From positions 1 to 46,484 of the forward strand of contig JAABTM010000005.1 of NCBI GenBank assembly GCA_011389855.1: a DNA stretch of 46,484 nt. The letters run 5' to 3'. Each line of letters begins with the position of its first letter. The first letter of the stretch is position 1. The stretch is from Desulfobacteraceae bacterium. GTDB taxonomy: Bacteria > Desulfobacterota > Desulfobacteria > Desulfobacterales > JAABSP01. The translations under genes were made by a program, and so were the position numbers. The notes below the pieces were generated by a model that ran no database searches, was not told the origin of the DNA, and saw only the letters and a list, made by a program, of their open reading frames with translations. This document shows, piece by piece, positions 19,869-28,509 of this stretch.

Positions 19869-21962
19869 ATGTCTGACAACAAACCCATATCGACGACGGA
19901 ACTGCTCGAGGACTCACGGGTTCAGGATGTGACCGACAGCGTCAACCGGGAGCTGACGGAACGGCGGAAATCGGTTCCCCCGCGTTGCAAGGTGTTCCAA
20001 ACGCCTTTCACCCGCCTGACGCCCGCCGACGAGTTCCGGTTCCATATCCACGGGGAAGCGGCCCGTCAGCTGCCCGACATAATCCACAATAAAGTTCAGC
20101 GGGTGGAGGACGTGGAGGCGCCGGACGCCGATTTCAAGTCCCGCTACACGAAACGGCGGAACATCGGCGTCGTCTTTTCCGGCGGACCGGCGCCGGGGGG
20201 GCACAACGTCATCGCGGGCATCTTCGACGCGGCCAAGGCGGCCAATCCTGAAAATCGGATCTACGGCTTTCTCATGGGGCCCGACGGGATCATTGAAAAC
20301 GAGAGCATGGAACTGACCGCCGACATCGTCGACCGATACCGGAACCTGGGCGGTTTCGGCATGATCAGGACCGGCCGGACCAAGATCGACACCAAAGAAA
20401 AGATGGAACTCTCACGCCAAACCTGTAAAGCGCTGGCCCTCGACGCCCTGGTGGTGGTGGGGGGCGACGATTCCAACACCAATGCCGCCTTCCTGGCCCA
20501 GGAGATGACGGCCGACGGGATTCAGGTCATCGGCGTGCCCAAGACCATCGACGGCGACATCCAGGTGCGCGACGCCGACGGCCGGGTGTTGTGCGCCATG
20601 TCGTTCGGGTTCCATTCGGCGGCCCGGGGATTCGCCGCCGAGATCGCCAATCTTTGCACCGACTGTTCGTCGGACGTCAAATACTGGCACATCTGCAAGG
20701 TCATGGGCCGGGTGGCCAGTCATCTGGCCCTGGAAACGGCTCTCCAGACCCACGCCAACATCACCCTCATCGGCGAGGATCTGGCCGATTACGTGGATAA
20801 ACGGCGGATCGACAAGGCCGAAAAGGCGGGGACGGTGGATTACACGGCCTACGGCGTGACCCTGCGCCACCTCTCCCGTGTGATCTGCGACGCCATCGTC
20901 CGCCGGGCCTCGACTGGCAAGAACTACGGCCTCCTGGTCATCCCCGAAGGGCTTCTGGAGTTCATCAACGAGATCCAGATCTTCATCATCAAATTCAACA
21001 CCATCATCGCCGATTACAATCGGAGCCACGATGATGATTTTCATGCGGAGTTCCCAACCCTGAAGGACAAACTCGATTACCTGAACCGGCTGGCGAGGCT
21101 GTCCCGGGAGGAGGAGACCTTCACCATCTGGAACACCCGGGACGACGATCTGTTCGCCGTCATTCCGTCCTTTTTCCAGGAGGGGCTGTTGACCGAACGG
21201 GACAGCCACGGCAATTTCCAGTTTTCCCAGGTGGAAACCGACAAGGTGATCATGGGGCTGGTGAAGGACTACTTGAACACCTTGAAAGAAAAAGGGGTTT
21301 ACAAGGTCGGCATCGAGCGGAGCTACTACGGGAAGATCCTCAAAAACGGCGGTCTTGATCCGGATTATTACGGGGCGGCCCTGTTCAGGAACTACGACGG
21401 CGACGACTCCCATCTGCTGGTGAAAGAGGCGATCATCTCTCTGAAGACGCTCCGCCAGGAGCTGCAGCGGTCCGGGGTCGTGAAAGAGACCGACGACGTG
21501 CCGGCGCCTGTCGAGAAGATTTACTTGAAATCGTTGCCCAGCTTCAAGACCCAGACCCATTTCTACGGATACGACGGCCGGGGCAGCAACCCCACCTGGT
21601 TCGACCGGACCTATACCTACAATCTGGGGCTGACGGTCTTTTCTCTCGTGGCCAACGGCGTCACCGGCCAGATGGCCGCCATCCGGAACCTGGAGAAAGA
21701 ATTCGATCAGTGGGCGCCCATCGGCATCCCCATCGGCCCCCTCATGCATTTGGAGGAGCGCAAGGGGCGGCTGGAACTGGTGATCGAAAAGAGCGTGGTG
21801 GATATCGAGTCCCCGGCTTTTCTGGCCGTCGAGGCCCTTCGGGAAAAATGGCTGGCGGCCCATCCGGGCCCGGACGATTACCGGATTCCCGCATCTTTCC
21901 ACCATGAATGCGCCACCGAAGAGGACCGTCCCCTGACCCTGCTGCTCAACTCCATGTTTTAG
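19869..21962 (+). CDS. pfp: Pyrophosphate-dependent phosphofructokinase (long form)
   Basis: SGGPAPGGHNVI, GGDDSNT, PKTIDGD (PPi-type), MGR, IPEG, FYGYDGR. Confidence 0.9.
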   Translation: MSDNKPISTTELLEDSRVQDVTDSVNRELTERRKSVPPRCKVFQTPFTRLTPADEFRFHIHGEAARQLPDIIHNKVQRVEDVEAPDADFKSRYTKRRNIGVVFSGGPAPGGHNVIAGIFDAAKAANPENRIYGFLMGPDGIIENESMELTADIVDRYRNLGGFGMIRTGRTKIDTKEKMELSRQTCKALALDALVVVGGDDSNTNAAFLAQEMTADGIQVIGVPKTIDGDIQVRDADGRVLCAMSFGFHSAARGFAAEIANLCTDCSSDVKYWHICKVMGRVASHLALETALQTHANITLIGEDLADYVDKRRIDKAEKAGTVDYTAYGVTLRHLSRVICDAIVRRASTGKNYGLLVIPEGLLEFINEIQIFIIKFNTIIADYNRSHDDDFHAEFPTLKDKLDYLNRLARLSREEETFTIWNTRDDDLFAVIPSFFQEGLLTERDSHGNFQFSQVETDKVIMGLVKDYLNTLKEKGVYKVGIERSYYGKILKNGGLDPDYYGAALFRNYDGDDSHLLVKEAIISLKTLRQELQRSGVVKETDDVPAPVEKIYLKSLPSFKTQTHFYGYDGRGSNPTWFDRTYTYNLGLTVFSLVANGVTGQMAAIRNLEKEFDQWAPIGIPIGPLMHLEERKGRLELVIEKSVVDIESPAFLAVEALREKWLAAHPGPDDYRIPASFHHECATEEDRPLTLLLNSMF

Positions 21963-21970
21963 CCCGGTTC

Positions 21971-22861
21971 ATGGGCGTCAAAGGGTATCTCTTCATCATT
22001 CTGGCGGCGGCCATGTGGGGCATGATCGGGCCCTTTGCCCGGATCGCGTTCCACGAAGGGGTGTCGCCCATGGAGGTCGCCTTCTGGCGGGCGACCCTGG
22101 CCTGGGTCTTTTTCGCGGCCCACGCCGCGCTCCACGGACAGGTCCGGTTCCGGCGCGGGGACGTTCCGGCCCTGGCGGCCTTCGCGCTGACCGGCGTGGC
22201 CCTCTTCTACGGCCTTTACCAGTTGGCCATTAGCCGGGGCGGCGTGGCGCTGGCCGCGGTCCTCCTCTACACCTCCCCGGCCTGGGTGGCAATCATGTCC
22301 CGGATCGTCTTCAAAGAGGCCATGACGCCGGCGAAGATGGCGGCCCTCTGTCTCACGTCACTGGGCGTCGTCGGCGTGTCCCTGGGAACCGGAGAGGCCG
22401 GACTCGGCGCCGGCGCCGCGGTGACCGCCGGCGCCGTCTTCATCGGGCTCGCGGCCGGGTTCTGTTTCGCCCTTTTCTACGTCTTCGGCAAGCATTTTTC
22501 CGGGCGCTACACCTCGCCCAACCTCTTCCTTTACGCCATGCCCCTCGGGGCCCTGGGCCTTTACCCATTCGTGGAATTTACCCACAAAACCCCGACCGCC
22601 TGGGCGGCCATGACCCTGTTGGCGTTTTTGTGCACCTACTGTTCCTATTATTTCTATTACCTGGGACAGCGGTATATAGAAGCGACCCGGGCCGCCATCA
22701 CCTGCACCCTGGAGCCGGTGGTGGCCGCCATCGTGGCCTTTTTTCTGTGGGGGGAATACTTCTCCTTCATGGGGTACGTGGGGAGCTTTTTGATATTGGC
22801 CAGCGTGGTGCTGATTATTAAGGATGGGGCGGGAAGGGGCCAGGCGGGGATGGCGACATGA
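21971..22861 (+). CDS. EamA/DMT family transporter
   Basis: About 10 TM helices, duplicated EamA pattern (AVLLYTSP; TLEPVVAA). ATG at 21971. Confidence 0.9.
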   Translation: MGVKGYLFIILAAAMWGMIGPFARIAFHEGVSPMEVAFWRATLAWVFFAAHAALHGQVRFRRGDVPALAAFALTGVALFYGLYQLAISRGGVALAAVLLYTSPAWVAIMSRIVFKEAMTPAKMAALCLTSLGVVGVSLGTGEAGLGAGAAVTAGAVFIGLAAGFCFALFYVFGKHFSGRYTSPNLFLYAMPLGALGLYPFVEFTHKTPTAWAAMTLLAFLCTYCSYYFYYLGQRYIEATRAAITCTLEPVVAAIVAFFLWGEYFSFMGYVGSFLILASVVLIIKDGAGRGQAGMAT

Positions 22862-23166
22862 CATCATTCAATCCACAACTTGTTACTTTTCCATCGGTTT
22901 CCTCGAAACGTTTGCCCATGCCGGAAGTGAACTGTGCTGGACCCCCTGATGCACGATGGTGGCTATCCCTCTGTAAGCATTATCCCCTTTTTTGATGACT
23001 TGAACATCCTAAATAATCAAAATGATATCAAGGGTATACCAGATTAGAAAGGCGCCGAAATGAATGTCTGTTTGGTCCTTTATGGTATCTTTTTCAAGCG
23101 ACCGGGATATTTGCAAGCCAGCCACGATTTTTGTCAGATGGAATAAAGGCTATCTATTACAATGTT

Positions 23167-24933
23167 TTATAGATTTTGATCTCTCGGCTCCTTTTCCAAC
23201 TTCAGAAGCTCGTCTCGCAACCTTTGCGCATCCTTATCTTGGGGACGCTGTTCGATATACCTATTAACGGCTATAAGGGAAGCTGCAATTTTTCCTGAAT
23301 CTTTTAGCAATTTTGCTTCCAACAGCCATGCATCCGAGTACCCGCTTTGGAGGTTTCGCGCTTCGCAATAATCTGAGAGCGCTAAATCCTTCCGACCGGC
23401 CCGTTCGTATAATTTTCCCCGCTGAAGATAGAACCGTTCCGGCTGATAAGTAGTAATTTTTATCGCGGTACTGACGGCGTCGATTGCCTTGTCGATTTGA
23501 TTCAGGGCAGCGCAGGCTTTGGCCATTTGAGCATAGGCTTCATCATAGTCTTTTCTGATTTTCAACGATTGGTTATAGTACTCCAGCGCTTTCAGGTGCT
23601 CGCCAGCCTGCAGAAATACGTTGCCCAAATACAGAAGGGTGCGTCCCTTTCCAGGTTCGATCTCAAGGGAAAACCTCAAGTCGCGTATGGCGTTGTCTAA
23701 CTGGCCCAGTTTTTCGTAGGCCTTGGCGCGGCGCAAATAAAGCCCCGCGTTTTTGGGGTCGAGTTCTATGGCTTTATTGAAATCAGAAAGAGATTCCTTT
23801 AAATTGCCCAGTTCACCCCAGATGATGCCGCGCCACTTAAATGCCGTTAGAAATTTGTCGTCGAGAGCGATGGCTTTGTCCATATAGACTTTGGCGATTT
23901 CGTACTGATTCTGATATCCATATACCATACCCAGCGCATAATAAGCCTCTTTGTAGTCCGGGTTCAGCGTAGTGGCTTTTTCCAACAGTTCCCGCGCCTT
24001 TTCATAATTTTTTTCGCCCGTCAGCCAGGTCATCCCCCGATTATACCAAGCCAGATCAAACCGACCATCAATCTCGATGGCTTTCCGATAAGCCTCCCGG
24101 GCGCCCGGAATATCTTTCTTTTGTTGGGTGAGAACAATCCCTGTCCATAGCCACCCCCATTTTGAGTTTGGATTGATTTCAATGGCTTTTTTGAATGCTT
24201 CCAGGCTTTTGTCCGATTCGCCCTTCTCGGCGAGCAGCGTTCCGAGTCTGACATAGGCATACTCGTTTTTTTCATCAAACGAGATGGCCAGATTGATTTC
24301 GTTCAAAGCCCGGCCATATTCCTTCAGCGCAAGGTAAATTTGACCTTTTAGGATATGGGGCTCAGGTCTTTTTTTTTTAATTCTTTCTAGAAAGATAGCC
24401 TGGGCGAGAGACTGATGCGCCTGGTCCAGTTCGGTTTTTGTATAGGGGCGGTCAAGATTGAGCAATTGGCGTACCGCCGCCATGCCATTGATATAAGCCT
24501 GCATGTAACGAAACTCCGCGTTTTTATCGTCCAGTTCAATTGCTCGATCAATAAAAGACAGCGCCACTTGAGGATTGTTTTCCTGATAATACATTTCGTT
24601 TGCGACCGTCGCATATCGACGCGCCATGTGCTTCACCTGAAGATGGTTGATGTACCAGGTCCCGACATCCCAGAGCGCAAGGATGCCGGTGACGACCAGA
24701 CAGATCTTTGCGGCGACGACGGCGATATACTTTTTCCATCGTTTTTCTTGCTCGGAATCCTCCGTCGGCTCCGGAACGAAATGATTCTTGATCTGATAGA
24801 GATATTCGGTCTGCTCCCGCAATAACTCATCCTGATCCGAAATCCTTTTGTTTTGGGCTTGTTCATGATCGGGATCGGTGAGCTGTTTCTCGTTCCCGGC
24901 ATTGTCGTCTTTGATTTGTTCTGAATCCGACAT
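23167..24933 (-). CDS. Membrane-anchored multi-TPR protein
   Basis: One hydrophobic segment near the N-terminus, then many TPR units (AYVRLG..KAIEINP; AWYNRG; AYYALG; KAIELDP). AT-richer codon usage. Confidence 0.85.
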   Translation of the reverse strand: MSDSEQIKDDNAGNEKQLTDPDHEQAQNKRISDQDELLREQTEYLYQIKNHFVPEPTEDSEQEKRWKKYIAVVAAKICLVVTGILALWDVGTWYINHLQVKHMARRYATVANEMYYQENNPQVALSFIDRAIELDDKNAEFRYMQAYINGMAAVRQLLNLDRPYTKTELDQAHQSLAQAIFLERIKKKRPEPHILKGQIYLALKEYGRALNEINLAISFDEKNEYAYVRLGTLLAEKGESDKSLEAFKKAIEINPNSKWGWLWTGIVLTQQKKDIPGAREAYRKAIEIDGRFDLAWYNRGMTWLTGEKNYEKARELLEKATTLNPDYKEAYYALGMVYGYQNQYEIAKVYMDKAIALDDKFLTAFKWRGIIWGELGNLKESLSDFNKAIELDPKNAGLYLRRAKAYEKLGQLDNAIRDLRFSLEIEPGKGRTLLYLGNVFLQAGEHLKALEYYNQSLKIRKDYDEAYAQMAKACAALNQIDKAIDAVSTAIKITTYQPERFYLQRGKLYERAGRKDLALSDYCEARNLQSGYSDAWLLEAKLLKDSGKIAASLIAVNRYIEQRPQDKDAQRLRDELLKLEKEPRDQNL

Positions 24934-25079
24934 GGTTTTTTTTATGGCTTTCCGCTACCCGGCATGCTGGTGCTTAGGGTTTTGATTCCCGCGGTTGAAA
25001 AAGAGCTGCGGCCTTGCCTGGAACCAAAATCTAAGGTTTTCGGATAAGCTCTTAGAAACAAGTGGTTAAAAAATGGCGA

Positions 25080-26012
25080 CTACTGGCCTGAAGAATTGAT
25101 GGCGACCCGATATCTTTGGCGGTGAATGGGATCTGTATCGGGTTGCTTAATCGGCCCCATTTCTGCAATGTGGGCCTTAATGTCGGCGAGACGTTCTTTC
25201 GGATAGTTTGCTCCTCCGTAGCTACCGGTGGCCTGTTTGAATCGTTCGAGCAATCTGGGCAACGCGTATGGGTCGTAGCCCAAAGCATGGCATATTTCGA
25301 CAGATCGACGGTCCGCCTCGCTTTCAACATCGACGCTGTATCCCTGTCTGATTTTGTTCATCAGCACATCCATGATCTTTTTCGAAAGCGCGATAATCAT
25401 CTTTTTGGACTTATCGCTGCCCCCGGATTGCTGAATCGCTGCGTCGGCGATCAAATTAAAAAACCTTATGATGTTTTCTCTGCCGACCGATCTAATGCCG
25501 TGGTCGAGTTCAACATGGGCGACCTCATGGCCGAGGATTGCCGCCAGCTCATCCTCATTCTGAAGGAATTCCATCATCCCCTGAGTCACCAGAATAATTC
25601 CCCCGGGAGCGGCGAAAGCATTGAGTTCATCGTCTTCGACCAGTAAGAACGTGTAGTGGCGGAACTGATAGGGCGCCGTGGAGCCAAGCGCCACCGTCGT
25701 GCCGACTTTGGCCAGATAAAGACTTGTCGGATGATTTTGCGGCAGCGGTTTGTATTCGCCAAGAAAATTCGCCGATACCTCATAGCCGAGCTGGAACCTT
25801 TGCATGGGACCGATTTCGTTGTCCAGAAGGGTGGCGCCGGATTTTGCGATTTTAGATGCTTGTTGTATGTTTTTATTGCCCGGCGCCAATTCCGCGGCGG
25901 TGTCCGCGGCGACGTTCACAGTATCGGATATGACGGCGCAACCCGTCAGACAAACCGTGGCCAGGGCAATGACCGATATAATGGCGCATATACGGAAAAC
26001 GATTTTCTTCAT
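25080..26012 (-). CDS. M48 family zinc metallopeptidase lipoprotein
   Basis: Lipobox LTGC; NAFAAPGG, NEDELAAILGHEVAH, ESEAD. ATG 26012 has a GGAGG SD. Confidence 0.9.
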   Translation of the reverse strand: MKKIVFRICAIISVIALATVCLTGCAVISDTVNVAADTAAELAPGNKNIQQASKIAKSGATLLDNEIGPMQRFQLGYEVSANFLGEYKPLPQNHPTSLYLAKVGTTVALGSTAPYQFRHYTFLLVEDDELNAFAAPGGIILVTQGMMEFLQNEDELAAILGHEVAHVELDHGIRSVGRENIIRFFNLIADAAIQQSGGSDKSKKMIIALSKKIMDVLMNKIRQGYSVDVESEADRRSVEICHALGYDPYALPRLLERFKQATGSYGGANYPKERLADIKAHIAEMGPIKQPDTDPIHRQRYRVAINSSGQ

Positions 26013-26075
26013 CTGAAGCTCCTCCATGATTTTTGGTTTCAGACAGAATAATTTTTAGGTTGAATGCAATGGGTG

Positions 26076-27092
26076 TTATCGGCAGAAACCCTTTGCCATG
26101 GACCATTTGATGCCAAAATCGTCCCCGAGCTTTTCCGCGTATACAAAGTCAACGCATGCCCTCTCGTAATTGCCGAGATAAACGTTCGCATATCCTCTCT
26201 CGTTGTAAATCTGGGCGAATCGCGGATTGATTTGAATCGCTCTGTTGCAGAGTTCGATGCTTCGTCTGGGATTTTTATTCCTGTATACTTTTATCCAATG
26301 ATATAGCTCCGATGCGGACAACCGCTCGTCAACCGGCGGAAGTGTTCTCTCAGACATCCTGGCGTGTGTCGGTGTCTCAGCTTTCGGATATACCCTTGCC
26401 GTTTTTCTTTGATTTGTCGTTCCTGTTTCCCCTGTATTCGCCGATTGAACTTCTCTGTTTTTTTGGGCCACGTATTCCGCTTCTTCCGGCGATTGCTTTC
26501 CCGGCACTCGCGGCTTTCCTTTGAATTCGGCCAATCCGCCTTCCATCCGAAACCCTCGGTATGCGTCGCTTGGATTGGTTTCCACAGGGGTTTTTAAAAT
26601 GGCGTTCAGCGTTTCATAGTCGGAATTATTTCCGCCTTTCGCATCGCCGCCCCAGCCCTTCATTGCAAGATGATCGATGTCTTCCTCCGACTCCGAGAAT
26701 CCCTTGCCGGCAACGGAAGCGGATGTATTCGTGTATTTCCCGGATGTCTTTCCCTGATCTTGCCGTTTCAGCAATCTTTCAGTGATCAGGCAACCGCCGG
26801 CAACATACCCTACTGCTTCGCGGTCGGTTTCTACCTTTGCCCAGGCGAGAACTTTATCTTTTTTTTCAGGATCTAACGATTTATAGACCGTTTCGGTGAT
26901 GACGGCGGCGCTTCCATAATCCAGAATATCCAGGACGTTTGAAAACCCTGATGGGGATGCGTGAAGCGGCAGGTCGCGGCAGGAAATATATCGGGTCTCT
27001 CCTATTTCTATCTCTTTGGCAACCGCGAGATTCGCCGCCAGCCCCAACAACAACAACAACAACGCGGCGGCGAGCATCAATTTAATCTTCAT
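26076..27092 (-). CDS. Secreted SH3b-like domain protein with C-terminal TPR
   Basis: Signal peptide; LHASPS..S.V...L.YG..WAKV..GYV (SH3b pattern); AGKGFS motif; RAIQINP..YNERG TPR. Confidence 0.75.
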   Translation of the reverse strand: MKIKLMLAAALLLLLLGLAANLAVAKEIEIGETRYISCRDLPLHASPSGFSNVLDILDYGSAAVITETVYKSLDPEKKDKVLAWAKVETDREAVGYVAGGCLITERLLKRQDQGKTSGKYTNTSASVAGKGFSESEEDIDHLAMKGWGGDAKGGNNSDYETLNAILKTPVETNPSDAYRGFRMEGGLAEFKGKPRVPGKQSPEEAEYVAQKNREVQSANTGETGTTNQRKTARVYPKAETPTHARMSERTLPPVDERLSASELYHWIKVYRNKNPRRSIELCNRAIQINPRFAQIYNERGYANVYLGNYERACVDFVYAEKLGDDFGIKWSMAKGFCR

Positions 27093-27164
27093 GGTGAATC
27101 CCCTCCTGCTTTAAAAAATTCAGTGAACGGCTTGGGCTCCCTGCCGGCGGAATAGTGATTGTTT

Positions 27165-27362
27165 AATTCTCGATGTTCAAGTTTTTTTTGTTGACTGAAT
27201 TTGTTGACATTTTTACAACAGGCAACTTCACAGCCCTGTCAATAAATTCAACATTGTATAATTATACAGCCTCAAAAACAGGATTGACAGCTCGAATGTT
27301 TAACATATTTAAAACACACGTACTTTAAAATTAAACGCAAAAAACTTGAACGCTGAGTAATT
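27165..27362. promoter_or_regulatory. AT-rich divergent control region with nested inverted repeats
   Basis: Outer IR 27175-27187/27339-27351, inner IR 27196-27209/27237-27250, perfect palindrome tgtataattataca 27255-27268, several TTGACA hexamers. Confidence 0.55.
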
Positions 27363-27533
27363 GATTCTGAACAAAAAAGATGACATGTTGAAACCGACCG
27401 CTTTCTATGCTATTTAAAACTCGCAATCAGGGAATTTTTCCAAAAAAAAGTTTGGGCGATCCGGATTTTTGAAAGGCCGTCCAATGCGACCTCGGAACAA
27501 TCGAAAAAGATTCAAAAAGGGGGGATCGAATCG

Positions 27534-28502
27534 ATGGCCGATTACGGGTTTGCGGAAGAATTGGTGTCCATCCGAAATGGAAAACCGATGACATTATCAT
27601 TTTTCCATATAATGGAGACGCTCGTTAAGGATAATGTTGGCCGCTATCCACCCAGTCTGGTGGATCCGCTTTGGCGCTCCTGGAGCCGGAAGAGGATGAT
27701 CGATCTTGCCGAGGGGTTTATCGTCGATTATCTTTTCGAGGACGGAAACGAACGCATTCGCTTTTTTTTGAATCCAAAAGTCTGCTATTATCCGGATGGG
27801 CTGATGGTTCGGATGTTCCATCAATATATGACCACCCTGGTTGCCCGTCGAAACCCCGTCGGTCTGAATTTGATCCGTCGAATCGGGGCCAAACTGAATG
27901 AGTTTGAAAATGAAGGACGCGTCGAAAGCCTGACGCGACAAAAGGCGCCGGCCTACCGTCGATGGGGGGATGCCGACGACGCCTTCGTCGAATTGCCTGA
28001 ACTGGAGGCCATCGAGCCGGTCTTGCCCGAATGGCGACGCCTCCGGTACGGGCCCGGCAGCAAAAAAGTCGATCCGGTCATCGGCAACGACGACCTCGGC
28101 GAGCAGTTGATGGAAGTGTTTACCGCCGTTTCCGGCTGGATTTCTCTGGATGTTTTACGCAGTTTTTTACTGCGTCGCTTCGATGGAAATACGCCCCCTT
28201 CCGAAGTGTCCCTCGACGATATGTCGTCGTTTTCCATTCATTGCGCCGGCATAGAAGATGATCCGGCCATGAAAGTCCGCGTTCGGGAGATCGTGGATCG
28301 CCGGTTTACGGAGCGGCAGCGGGCGATTTTTATCCACCATTTTCTCATGGGCTTAGGGCCGTCCGAAATCGTCGCCTCCACGGGACTGAAAAAATCGACG
28401 GTGTATAATGAAATCGCCAAAATCAAGGAGATATTCCATATGTCATTTCGACGTCCAACCGTCTATCCGGCTTCAAGAACATCCCCCGCAATGAGAGATT
28501 AA
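27534..28502 (+). CDS. Sigma-70/ECF-like protein with C-terminal region-4 HTH
   Basis: C-terminal FTERQRAIF..HFLMGLGPSEIVASTGLKKSTVYNEI matches sigma region 4, preceded by an EVSLDD linker. N-terminus is divergent. Confidence 0.65.
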   Translation: MADYGFAEELVSIRNGKPMTLSFFHIMETLVKDNVGRYPPSLVDPLWRSWSRKRMIDLAEGFIVDYLFEDGNERIRFFLNPKVCYYPDGLMVRMFHQYMTTLVARRNPVGLNLIRRIGAKLNEFENEGRVESLTRQKAPAYRRWGDADDAFVELPELEAIEPVLPEWRRLRYGPGSKKVDPVIGNDDLGEQLMEVFTAVSGWISLDVLRSFLLRRFDGNTPPSEVSLDDMSSFSIHCAGIEDDPAMKVRVREIVDRRFTERQRAIFIHHFLMGLGPSEIVASTGLKKSTVYNEIAKIKEIFHMSFRRPTVYPASRTSPAMRD

Positions 28503-28509
28503 ACACGCC

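Noticed and set aside
27045-27062. (CAA)6 microsatellite
   Set aside because: In-frame poly-Leu of a signal peptide; length change would not shift the frame.
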